From Leucoraja ocellata (taxonomy: Eukaryota): 64,000 bases of DNA. Numbering within the stretch: position 1 is the stretch's first letter; every line of letters begins with the position of its first letter. Position numbers and translations under genes: made by a program. The notes beneath the pieces are model-generated. The model was not told the DNA's origin and ran no database searches. It saw nothing but the letters and a program-made list of their open reading frames with translations. Location of the stretch: assembly GCA_036785375.1 (NCBI GenBank), contig JAWMAR010000351.1, positions 868,001-932,000 of the forward strand. The letters are read 5' to 3'. Positions 29,601 to 40,658 of the stretch are shown here, in pieces.

Positions 29601-32600
29601 ACAATCACCGAGCATATTCAAGGCAGGGATTAGTAGGGATTTGAACCCTACAGGAAAGGAGGCATGGTGACAATGCATAAATGTGGCATTGAAGCCAAGA
29701 TTCGATTCTTGAGTGTTGGAACAGCTTCAAGAGTTCGATAGCCTATTCCAGCTCCTGTTTTTGTTATGTTACTTCATCTCCACTGGATCAAAATCCTGAC
29801 ACCCCATTGATAAAGTGTACAGTGGAAACTCCTGCACATGGTTTGCAGAGATTATAGAAGACGGGTGGCATGAATTGAGTGCTGACTTTATAAAAAGACT
29901 CCCACATTCCAAAGATGCAATATCTTACAGCAAGATTATCCAGTTCTGTAGTTTGTTGCACTCAACTTAAACTGGGCTGTATCCTATGTGTCCAGCCTAG
30001 GTCTGACCTAGCATTCAACTTACTGGCCAATACATTGGTGTTTCATGATATTTTGTATATCAGTATTAATCAACTAAGGATAGGAAAAGATTGTGATCTA
30101 AATGTATATGTTTTCTTCAGGTGGGCTTTACAATGGAGAGGTGTTAGTGTGGAACTGCAGTAAAACTGATGATCCATTAATTGCTAGATCAGGAATATCT
30201 GAAGATACTCACCGTGAGCCTGTTTATCAGGTAAAATGTTTAGTCTGGGCCATTTTCAACATCTTGGCTTTCCTTTTGCTGCTTTAATATTGCTTTAACT
30301 ATATTCTAGATCTTCGATATGATTGAATCAAATATAAATTCAGTGCCTCACACTTTCCACACCAGCATTTATGTTGACATCACCATTGCTAGAATATTTT
30401 TAGTGTGATGGAAATTCTGTTTTTTCAAGCCCATGAAATTATTTTAGGAGGGATTTAAAACAAAACAACATAGGCAGAGTGAGTTGCTCACCTTGGGGCT
30501 GAGGCAACTGAAGGCATGGCTGCTGTAATTGTGGAGAAGGGAATAGTGTTTAAGAAGGAACTGCAGATGCTGGAAAATCGAAGGTACACACAAATGCTGG
30601 AGAAACTCAGTGGGTACAGCTGCATCTATGGAGCAAAGGAGATAGGCAACGTTTCGGGCCGAAACGTTGCCCATCTCCTTTGCTCCATAGATGCTGCTGC
30701 ACCCGTTGAGTTTCTCCAGCATTTTTGTGTACCTTCGAGAAGGGAATAGTTGAGAGCAGGCATGGAGAGTGTAATGATATGGTGGAAGCAGTAGGTTGCT
30801 TGAGGTCTGTACCTGGAACCTAGAAAGTCGGTGATTATAGGGGTAATGGGTGAAGGGGTCTTGGTGCAAATTGATTGCAGTTAGAATTGGATGAGCGCAA
30901 GATGATGGTGATGGACATCTGTTTTTTATTGGAATAATATTATCCACTAGACATCATTGAGAGGAGGCGGAGGAAGAGTCACATTATTTTCTTTCACTAA
31001 TGTTTAACCTGTGGTGAGTTTTAAGTATAAAACATGTCCGTTCCCTCCCAAAACAGGTGCAGTGGAACCAGAGTTTGAGTCGCAGCAACAGAATTAATCT
31101 TCTGAGTGCGAGTACGGATGGAAAGATTCTCAACTGGGCGATGGATGGCAAAGGTCAATTAGTACTGCAGGATGGATTTGCTCTTGTCGTTCAGCAGATG
31201 CCACGCAATGTCAAACTTAAGGCGAGCAGTCTTTGTAATGTTATTCGATGTTGAAATTGAGTTTGACGTTCTCCCAAAGCTGGCAGATTGTTGCTTCCAC
31301 GTCTGAAATTTGGCAACCACAGAAGCAGAATATCATCAGAATTTTACCTCAACAACCTGGCTGCAAGCTTTTCAGTTATTCCAATGGAGACACGTTTACT
31401 TGTTCATAATCAGATGCTTGCTGATACCTGGCGTCTAGAAAATCATTGCATTGCTTTTTTACCTCGTGTGCTCAGATCTGCATTTGTAGATCTACACTAG
31501 TATTTGGACTCAAATTTAGGGATCTGATAATTATGAGCCGAGACATTATTCATTTGACTTGAGATAACCCTACAGGGTAGATATGACTGGAAAAGACTTG
31601 GTGGTAGGTGAATATTATTTCCTTTTTTATCAATTATTTTTCAACATGGCAGTTTATAACCAAGTTTGAAAAGAAAAGCAAAACATCACACTTTCAGGAA
31701 ATCAGCCATTCTGAAAACTAAAAGAGAAATGCTGCAGTTGTGTAAAATTTGAGATTAAAAAAACAAAATTTGGAAATGCTCATTAGATTCACCAACACAT
31801 CTGTGACGGGGGAAACTGATGAGAGCACCAGAAATTGACCTGAAATTTAAAACCTGTTTTATGCTCTACATGTGTAGTTTGACCTGATGAGTGTTTCCAA
31901 CATTTTGTGTATAGGAATGCTATACCTGGAGTCTAATTATAGAAGCTTGAGTTGACCAGTTATACAAAGTAAACCTTTTTCTTATAGCCTTTTTGTATCT
32001 TTTAACTCATCCCCAGGTACGTGGGAGCACTTCTTTTGGTGTGACTGCTCTCTCTTTCTCTCATCTGGACAAGACTGTGTTCATTGCTGGTGTGGAGGGC
32101 GGCTATGTGCTGAAGTGTTCAACAGAGGTTCTGACTCTTGCATCGCTGAGCTCTGGTTCCATTCCATTGAAGGCGCCAGCCCTGTTCACCTTCTCCCCGC
32201 ACTGTGGTCCTGTACATGCTGTTGCTTGCTCACCATTTCACAGGTCTGTTTATGAACAATGAATGGTAGATTACCAGAAGGGATATAAAAATTGGGAAAA
32301 TCCCACTTTGAAGCCTCCCCTCAGGCGATTGAAATTATTCCATGAGATAATACAATTTAGGAGCAAATGGGTCACTTGATTCCTCAAGCTTGCTCTGCCA
32401 TTAAATAAAAACCTGGGTGATCTGATTGTAACCTCGATGTCCAATGAATGGATCATCTGATCATTGTGCATACACAAGATGGCTATTATATTTCTATCAT
32501 TGGAACAATTTTAAGGCATTTTAAGATACGATGTGAAAATAAGAATACAGATTTCTGGTAAATTGAATTAGTCCTATACATTATCTGTAAAATTGGGTAT

Positions 32601-35052
32601 TTATCCAATGCATATATTTTCAATGTTGTTCTTCTCGCAGAAACCTCTTTCTCACTGCTGGCACTGATGGACACGTTCATCTGTACTCCATGTTGCAAGC
32701 CAAGCCCATTCTTTCTCTTCAGCTATCTCAAACTTATCTCTTCAGTGTTTGCTGGTCTTCAGTCCGGCCTCTTGTATTTGCTGCAGCCACAGGAGAGGGT
32801 AAGTGCTGTGATCCTTTAAAAGTTTGGGTTTAACTTTGGTGGTGAATTTTTTGTTTATTCATTCATTAGGTGCAGAGGTACTATCCCGAAGTGAGGAAGC
32901 TGTCAAGAGTCAATTACGTTAATGAGTTGGGCTATAGGGCAGATTGGGTTCGAAAAAGTGGATTTCATTTCTTGAACTGACTTTTTATTAAATGATAACC
33001 TGTAGATTCATGATCGATGCTTGGTTATAGGTTACTTGAGTTTAATTCCTCAGTTGCCATGGGTGGGATTTAAACTCCTGTCCCTAGAATAATGGTCCAG
33101 GTTCTTGATGCGGAGTCAGTAATTTAACCATTCAGTTACCACATTCCTGTGACATACATTCTGGATCAAGAAACAGAACCTGAAGCATGTTAGCTCTGGA
33201 TTCCTCCCACTGCAACTAATTGGTAAGAAATGCTATATATAAATCCAAGTTATATTTTTCACAAAGGCTTTCAGGTCACTCCTGTGCTGCGAGATGTACA
33301 CTGACTTGAGATTTTATCTAAGTTGTCAAATCCCTTTATGCCTTCACCTTCCCTATCACAGCAACTTCCTCCCTCTCAAATCTCTTCATCCAGTTTTGGT
33401 CTTTTGTGAACTTTTATTTATCAACAACTGTGCTTTAAATTGCTTAAAGCTTCTAGCCTCTGAATTTCCATTCCTCTCCTTTCTCCCTCTTTTAAGATAT
33501 CCTTTGAAATCTATAACTTTTATCAAGTTTTTGATCACCGGTTAACAGTAGGTTGGATCTTTTCTGGTATTTACTGTTTAATGTATTCAATAAAGGATAA
33601 CCTTTTTGCAGATTATGGGAGATTGCCTCCATAAACTTTGCTATGAGCCTGGGCTTTTGTGATTGTTGTCTCATGTCAGTCGAAATTTATCTTACATCCA
33701 ACTTGATCGCTAGGAAAGGCATTATAGAGTGTGCGTGAGTAAAGAAAAGGAAATGAACAAATTACTGGAGTTGTAATTTTTCACGATGTAGCTAGTCAAA
33801 TAGATAAGGTAGAACTAGTGGATGTGGTGCATTTGAATTTATCAAAAGGCTTTTGATACGGTCCTGTACCAAAGGTTAGTGTGCTGGGAGGAAAAGTGAG
33901 GTTTGAAGAGGAAGCAAAGAGATACCTATGTGATTTATACAAGTTGGATGAGTGGGTAAATGCATGGCATATCCAGTTTAATGTGGATAACTGAGATTAT
34001 CCAATTTGGTTGTACAAATAGGATGCTATTATTTGTATGGTGATAATTGTGAAAAAGAGAATGCGCAAGATCTCTGTTTCATAATACAGCAGTCAATGAA
34101 AACAAAAGTTTAAGTGCAGGAAATAGTTAACAAGGCAATCTTCTTGCTGCACCTCAACGTTTGGCATCAAAGGCAGCATTGGTCTCCATTGCAAGATTTG
34201 AGAACTGGAGCGAAGATGTGTTGCTGCAGATGTAATGGGCTTGGTGAGACCCCATCTGGAGCTTAGTGTGTAGTTTTGGTCGCCACATCAAAAGAAGGAC
34301 ACTTGTCATGGAGGGTGTGCAACGAATGCTTCCTTTACTGATTTCCAGGATGGCAGCACCTACTCCATTAGAAGTGATTGGTATAGTTGAGCCTAAATTC
34401 ACTGGAGTATAAAAGAATGAGAGAATGGATATCACTGTACCTTAATTTGTACACGTGACAATAAGACCTTTGGAAACCCCTATAAAACTCCAACAGAACT
34501 AGAAAGAATGTTCCTTATGGTGACAGTGTTCAGAACTAGCCTCAGGATAAGAGACTTGAAATTAGGAAAAACTGCTTCATGAGAGGGTGATGAACTTGTG
34601 GCAATTTCTCCCATAGAAAACAATAGTCATTAAATGAAGTCAATAAATATATGCTGCAGCCAGCAGGTATATTTATTGTTGCCAAAGGGAACCAGGGCCA
34701 TGGGAAGAAGGTGAGAACATGCTACTAAAGTGGGTCAGCAGAAATGCATTATTATGTTGACAGATATTTTACCTTTAAAGATTGAGTGGAAATTTTGTTT
34801 CTTATTCCAACAGGAACGGTGTTGATTTTTGACCTGGGGCAGAGCTCTCTATGTCCCTCGGTTTCTATTGAGCAGTGTGCAGAGAACCAACCAGTTTACT
34901 GCCTGGCTTTTAATCCAAAACAACCACAGCTTCTTGCAGCTGGTAATGCGGAAGGAAGTGTCAAAATCTGGCAGCTGAGTGCTGAACTGATGAAGCAAGG
35001 ACCAAGAGAGATGAATCTACTCGAGCAGCTTGCTAATGAAGTAGCAGATTGA
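17303..35052 (+). CDS. DYNC2I2: Dynein 2 intermediate chain 2 (WDR34), whole coding span (8 exons, 1503 nt, 500 aa)
   Basis: Exons 17303-17638, 23978-24087, 25634-25791, 30121-30230, 31057-31221, 32017-32243, 32641-32798 and 34814-35052. QT light-chain-binding motifs, [11 protein letters not shown] motif and WD40 repeats. Confidence 0.94.
17812..17917 (-). mobile_element. Short Penelope-derived insert
   Basis: Family tail plus GGGTCTCAACCCGAAACGTC; flanking ACTGCATG repeat. Confidence 0.65.
18775..19250 (+). mobile_element. Older Penelope-like 3' UTR fragment
   Basis: Pyrimidine-rich tract, decayed CTGAACAAGGATCGTGACCCAAAACATC core and the family tail (cagatgttgcctgacctgctgagtttctccag). Confidence 0.7.
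19545..19635 (-). mobile_element. ~90-bp Penelope-derived insert with hammerhead-like core
   Basis: 14-bp TSD CCTGCGTA(TG/CA)CACT at 19531-19544 and 19636-19649. Confidence 0.78.
21469..21920 (+). mobile_element. CR1-clade LINE 3' fragment (HER1-like)
   Basis: ORF2 C-terminal remnant ...[10 protein letters not shown]...[33 protein letters not shown]; tail ends in (TTTCTATG)n. Confidence 0.88.
22755..23509 (-). mobile_element. CR1-clade LINE 3' fragment
   Basis: [44 protein letters not shown]...[10 protein letters not shown]; same tail. Confidence 0.9.
23978..24087 (+). CDS. DYNC2I2: DYNC2I2 exon 2
   Basis: [36 protein letters not shown]. Confidence 0.93.
25043..25290 (-). mobile_element. 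tRNA-derived SINE, 5'-truncated
   Basis: Reverse complement of the 37270-37483 region. Confidence 0.82.
25634..25791 (+). CDS. DYNC2I2: DYNC2I2 exon 3
   Basis: [52 protein letters not shown]. Confidence 0.94.
26125..26545 (-). mobile_element. Older Rex1/Babar-like 3' fragment
   Basis: [10 protein letters not shown] remnant; tail shared with 40490-41068. Confidence 0.6.
29205..29770 (+). mobile_element. Old degenerate CR1 LINE 3' fragment
   Basis: [19 protein letters not shown] remnant and decayed tail. Confidence 0.6.
30121..30230 (+). CDS. DYNC2I2: DYNC2I2 exon 4
   Basis: [37 protein letters not shown]. Confidence 0.94.
30548..30736. mobile_element. Fold-back Penelope-derived mini-element
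   Basis: ~80-bp inverted arms (30578-30738); 14-bp TSD GAGAAGGGAATAGT at 30534-30547 and 30737-30750. Confidence 0.82.
31057..31221 (+). CDS. DYNC2I2: DYNC2I2 exon 5 (probable GC donor)
   Basis: [27 protein letters not shown]...[16 protein letters not shown]|GCGAGC. Confidence 0.85.
32017..32243 (+). CDS. DYNC2I2: DYNC2I2 exon 6
   Basis: [29 protein letters not shown]...[19 protein letters not shown]. Confidence 0.92.
32641..32798 (+). CDS. DYNC2I2: DYNC2I2 exon 7
   Basis: [52 protein letters not shown]. Confidence 0.94.
33790..34740 (+). mobile_element. Old degenerate CR1 LINE fragment
   Basis: Decayed RT remnants ([14 protein letters not shown]-like, ALVRPHLE-like, RVMNLW-like). Confidence 0.65.
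34814..35052 (+). CDS. DYNC2I2: DYNC2I2 exon 8, coding part
   Basis: [11 protein letters not shown]...[53 protein letters not shown]. Confidence 0.94.
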
Positions 35053-35843
35053 TTGACTAAAGACCGAGTGAGATGCTTTGGGGAAATTTACCCCATCTCT
35101 AGGATTGTGAGATTATACATCATCAACTGATTTAGCATATTTTCTTATTATTTAAAATGTTAATATTGATTTATTTACAGCTTAACACTTATTCGTAATA
35201 TTTTTTTACGGCAGATACAAAGTATTTATGAACAAGAATTGTAATTCCTTGGGTCAAGCATACATGAGCAGCAACTCATCCAGCCTTTTTAAATTGGGTG
35301 TTCCCATCCAGCATTATGGAGAATCCTCTTATTACCATTTGATTGATTTTTACTTTTGCACGCATGTCTGGTAAGAAAAGGAGATTTGCAGGGCCTTGCA
35401 GAACTGGATCAGGACGGTCAAGATCCCTAAATATCTACATGTATTTCATGAGAGAAGTGGAATTCAGTTCAAAATTACAACGTCCTCTCATTGAAAACCA
35501 CTCAATCACTGGGTGAGAAAAATACTCGCTGGCATAATGACAATGCTGTTAGCATTTCCTGTCAATTCATTACAAAACTGAAAGCAGTTTGGAATTTCCA
35601 CCCTAACATTGTAGCACGTTCTAATTTTCAAGGCTTTGTGCTGTGCTGCTTTTCAGAGTTGACCCAATCAAGAGAAATTGGTGGAATGGGTAAAAATCTA
35701 ATGGATTTATAAACTGACCTTGCACTAAATACACTTCAAGATTTCTCTTTGGATGAGGTCTAAATAATTTCAGTGCTGTAATAAGTGAAGAACAAAATGA
35801 TCTGAGCTGTAACATCCTTGCATTTCAAGATGTAATAATTTTT

Positions 35844-35849
35844 ATTAAA
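35844..35849 (+). terminator. Possible DYNC2I2 polyadenylation signal
   Basis: ATTAAA preceded by TGTA and followed by a GU-rich tract (tgtgttgtctgtgtattt). Confidence 0.45.
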
Positions 35850-36639
35850 AATATCAAATGTTCAATTTATGTGTTGTCTGTGTATTTAATTTAATATTAG
35901 CTAAAATTGTGTTTTTTGAAGCTTATGAAACTGGCTGTTTATTCAATCTCATGACATTGACTGTTGGATTCAATTGGCCATACGGCACTGCCTAGCAGTA
36001 GCAAAGTTTAAAAAAGAAAGTTCTTATTACAATGACTGCTAGATTTTGGTTAGTGGCTTTTGGACAAATCCATTCTCTGGCCAGTTTCAGGATTAGACTG
36101 GTCACCATGGCTTTGCAGGGCAGACTACAACCACCTCTTGCCCATTCAAGTATCCTGACTTGTACTGATTTGAATGTAATAGTTTTGTTCAGTTATTTTG
36201 GAGACATGGAAACAATTGCACTGATTTTATGACAGAAGGTCAATGGCTGGAACTATTATTGATATTCTGGAACTGGTTGAATCGTCGCCACCTACCATAA
36301 CCATCGTTCTTTGTGCGAGGTATGACTTGGCTAAGTGGTCTTTGCTTGATGACTATTGAGGTTGGTATTTAGCAGGGCTCCTTGTTGACAATCATCTTGT
36401 GTCTAGATACAGGTACAACGTGAGCACTTGCGTTTTCCCTCAGCTCTAGTATTTAGCTCCTGGTCCACATTTTGCAGCTTGTGGCAAAACCCAAACTGGC
36501 TAAATTGGTGAGCAAGTGCTACTAGATGGTTTTGACCAATATTACCTTAGTAGGAGTCCATTTTATGAATCTTTTTTTTGGCTTGCATTTTGATCCAGAA
36601 TCTGCTTTGCTATTGCAATACTCATAAGTTGCAGGAACA

Positions 36640-37010
36640 TAATTAGGCTATTCAACCCATTGAGTCTACTCCACTATTCAATCATGGCTGATCTATATTT
36701 CCTTCTCAACCCCATTGTCCTCCTTTCTCCCCATAACCTTCAACCTTTACTATTCAAGAGCCTTTATGATGCCTACACACAGTCTGTAACAATGAATTTC
36801 TGTTTCACCGCCCTCTGGCTGAAGAAATTCCTCATCTCCTTTCTAAAGGCATGTCTTTTTATTATGAAGCTCTAGACTCTCCCAGTAGCAGAAACATCCT
36901 CCTCATATCTACTTTATCCAGACCTTTCATTATTTGGTCATTTTCAATGAGATTCCCCATCATCGTTCTAAACTCCAGTGAGTACAGGCCCAGAGCTGTC
37001 AAATGCTCAG
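36640..37010 (-). mobile_element. Degenerate CR1 LINE 3' fragment
   Basis: Reverse-complement similarity to the CR1 tail and LYSLEFR motif. Confidence 0.6.
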
Positions 37011-37218
37011 AGGGTCTTCTCCCCATCTGGTTAGCAAAACAAATGCAATGGCATCCTCACACATGTGCAACAAAGTTATAAGAACTATGCATAGAAGAGA
37101 ACGACTCTATTGTACCTGTGCTAAGCAAACTCTTAAAACACCTGTTTCCTATTAGTTTCAATGTAATACCACTGTTTGCATTCCAGAACTGTTAAACTAA
37201 GTATTAGTATCCAAAGTA

Positions 37219-37483
37219 GGCGGTATGATGGCGCAGCAGTAGAGTTGCTGCTTTACAGCGCCAGAGAGCCGGGTTCGATCCTGATTACGGGTGCTGTCTA
37301 TACGGATTTTGTGCTTTCTTTCCTTGACCTGTGTGGGTTTTCTCCGAGAAGTCCAGTTTCGTCCCACACTGGCATGGTAAAATTGCGGATTGTCCCTAGT
37401 GTGTGTAGAATAGTGTTAGTGTGTCGCAGATCAGGGCTGATTCGGTGGGCCAAAGGGCCAGTTTCCTTGCTGTATGTCAAAAC
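37219..37483 (+). mobile_element. tRNA-derived SINE (HE1/V-SINE-like)
   Basis: A-box TGGCGCAGCAG, B-box GGTTCGATCC, central domain and CR1-derived tail (gggccaaagggccagtttcc...ctgtat). Confidence 0.85.
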
Positions 37484-37778
37484 TTATTGCAAATTAACCC
37501 CTAAAAATATATTTTATACAAATTGTCTTGTGCATTAACTCATTTCCCTTGCTCTTGCTAGCTACTATTTTCCTCTTGCAGCATACCACCACATTATTTC
37601 TCCCCCACCCACCACCATCTCACCTCTGGGCAGCTGCAAGTTGATGGGTGGCAATGTATAATCAATTGTATTATTGTGAAAATCTGAAAAAAGGCTTGAC
37701 TTGGGAAGGAACTCCAATGCAAAGTGTTTCCCCAGTCATTGAATAATATCACCATTTCTCAGTTTGAATCAGTAAGTG

Positions 37779-37784
37779 TTTAAT
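37779..37784 (-). terminator. Possible SPTAN1 polyadenylation signal
   Basis: ATTAAA on minus strand ~165 nt after the stop codon. Confidence 0.45.
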
Positions 37785-37948
37785 GTTTTCAGCACACTAC
37801 AGTAAAGAGTACAGAGTAAAAAAAAGTTTTCAGGCAAAGCACAAGCAAACCGATTAATTGTAGTCTTGCTGCACAGTTTATAAGTGCATGGAAGTTAGGC
37901 AGGGTCATGCAGAATAACTGGTAGCAGGTAAGTCTAGATTTTGGAAGC

Positions 37949-38074
37949 TTAGTTCACAAACAGCGATCGTGTGAATTCCACATAGTCGAAGGCCGAAGGA
38001 ATCTCTCTGCCTTTGCTATCTGTATACGGCTTCATGTGCGAGAGGCAATAATCGGCCTGCTCCCTGGACAGGTT
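37949..38074 (-). CDS. SPTAN1: SPTAN1 last coding exon
   Basis: [41 protein letters not shown]. Confidence 0.96.
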   Translation of the reverse strand, partial: NLSREQADYCLSHMKPYTDSKGREIPSAFDYVEFTRSLFVN

Positions 38075-40627
38075 CTAGAAAGAAAGAAGAATCATTGACT
38101 CGATCTAGACAAAATTGTAATATGTTCATCATAGATTTTTACTAGATTCAGTGAACAATGAGCTTCTCCTACAAATAGTCTGGATTCAATATTAAAATAA
38201 TCTGGTTGAGTACAGCAAAGTTCAGTAGTAGAATCAAAGTGACATTATTAGAATCATTAGTGCCATCAATCACTACCAACTTGTTCTTATTAGAATTACA
38301 ACTTCCATGTTCTAATGGTCTAATTGTTTTGTTTTAGATAGAGGACAGTGTTGGGGTTCTGACAGATTTTTGCTTCATTTGCCATTTGAGAGGCACCAGA
38401 AGACTGGAGTTCTCCACTTTTTCCAAAAAGGGCAGGAGAGACAAGCCTGGCTTCGTAGGCCAAGGCATTGAGCACGGGCTGGGATGTCATATTGCAATTG
38501 TCCAAATCAGCTGTAGACTGCACTTTTTGATTGCCAATTTACAGGAAAGATGTGCTTGCAATAGAGAGTGCAAAAGTAATTTACCAAAATATTGCCTGGA
38601 ATGGAAAGCTGTAGTAATACGAGATTAGATGGGTGCCCTTATGGAAATTCATAAAATGATGAGAGGCATAGATAGGACAGTCCATTGCCCAGCACTGAGG
38701 AGTCTAAACCTAGAGAGCATGGTGTGTCTGAGGTGTAGGTTTTCAGATGTTGGTGGCTCTCTGGAACAAGCTACGATAAGAGGTGACGGAGGCAGATAAA
38801 ATTACAAAATTTATAAGATGTTTGGACAGGTATTTAAAAAGTACAAAGGGATATGGGTCCATTCCGTAAAGTATTAGCGGATGTGGGGAGAAATTTCTGT
38901 GCTGTACGATTCTATTATTGATCACAAACATCTTGTATATGTGTTGCAGTACCTGATACAATTCTTCACGTGTGACAAATTGTTTTCCTTCTGAGCTGAG
39001 GGCACGGAAAGCACTCTCAATTTCTTCACTAGACTTAACGTTCTCCGTTTCTCTGCTGATCATAAAGGCCATGTATTCCTGTAGTGAAACGTATCCATCT
39101 CTGCAAATAACACAAAGTAATCATCAATGCAAGGATTAAAATATGAATATATTTTTTAAATAAATCTAGTTTTACTGGCATTGAAAATACAGTTAGAGAA
39201 ACTGTTACTGTATTATCACATAGTATACTACAATAACTAATTTTAAGTGGTTTACTTTGCAAGCTCCCCACTCCCTTCTGAAGTACATATACACATTTCC
39301 TTCCCCCTCTTATTTCACCCCCTCTGTGATGAAACCAAAATGTATTAGTCTCACCGGTTGGGATCAACGGCATTCAATATAGCTTCAAACTCAGAGTCTG
39401 GTTCTCCTTCCTCTACCATCGGCAAATCATAACCCAGGGAGCGCAAGCATGATTTAAATTCCTGATGATTCAGTCGTCCAGATTTGTCCTTGTCAAAATG
39501 CCTGGGAGAAAAATTAAAATGTTAACATGTCAGCACGGTGACAATTCACAAAACAAAATTGGCCAAAAGAAACCCACACTTACTTGAACATCATGCTGAA
39601 TTCTTTAAGAGCTTCCTCTGTTACACCAGTAGTGTTCCTATAACATATAAAAATCAATCTAAATTTTCTGAAATATATACAACTTCCACACCAGCTGAGT
39701 GCAAATTGAAAATGGTCAAGGAATGGTGATGTGTTTTTCTGTTTTCCTACTTCAAGATACACTTCAAGGGAGCCAACTGCTTGGTTTTGAATGCCATGTT
39801 CTTAGCCAAGTTTCATATCAAAACTTGTCAGCGCTGAAACAAACTATTTCACCTGCTTTGCACCTTTTAAGTTTACTTCTCTTGTTCATTTCCCTTTAAA
39901 ATCAGTCGTATTATTCAGAGAGGTTAAATGCTTTCAGATTCTTCAGCCCCACCCCATATCCCCTGCTCAGGACCCTACATGTGGCTTTGTATAACGAGGT
40001 AATGGAAACTGCTTTTCTTTGCCTCCTTTCCCAAACCACAATCTATCAAATCTTTTATTGCTCCATGGGAGAACAACCCAGCTTCCTCAACCTAAAAGTA
40101 GTGGAAAAAAAAATCTTCCCTGCAGCCCTCCTCTACCCACTTAAGATCTTCACAGTTTAAACTGTAATTGCTTACCTGGCCTGTATTTGTTGTTCCAGGT
40201 TATGTTGCATTCTCATGCCCAGTTGATCCAATTGGTCCCATTGCTGTGCCAACCCCACAGTGCTGTGCTCCGTGTACTTATTATCTAAGATCAATGCTTC
40301 CTCCATTGCTGCTCCTAGGTCCTCAATCTTTTTCAATTGACTTCTCATTGCTCGAATCTCCTGATGCTTTCTCTGTGAATGAAGACATTATAGGCAAGGA
40401 AGAGTCACTACAGTTTATTGGTATCACAAATGTAAATGAACAACCATATTATTCATGACATTCCGAATGCAAACAACACCAAGGATGCAGAAGTCAAGAG
40501 TGTTTTATTGTCATGTGTCCCAGTTAGAACAATTACATTCTTACTTGTTGCAGCACAACAGAATATGATAAACGAGGGGAAAAAAAGTTGTGTGCATATA
40601 TACACACATCCCCACAAGTACACATAC

Positions 40628-40658
<31 letters not shown>

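Noticed and set aside
30578-30738. miRNA precursor or DNA-transposon MITE interpretation of the hairpin
   Set aside because: The arms are multi-copy Penelope tails and the flanks show a 14-bp duplication rather than a TA/TAA or 8-9-bp one.
30444-30947. 167-aa ORF, the longest unexplained one
   Set aside because: It reads through the palindromic repeat; the same peptide appears at 1055-1252 and on the opposite strand.
31996-32016. U12-type branch point resemblance (TCTTTTAAC)
   Set aside because: No RTATCCTT donor at the upstream exon; it fits an ordinary U2 branch point.
37219-37295. tRNA gene
   Set aside because: It is the tRNA-derived head of a SINE and continues into the SINE body and tail.
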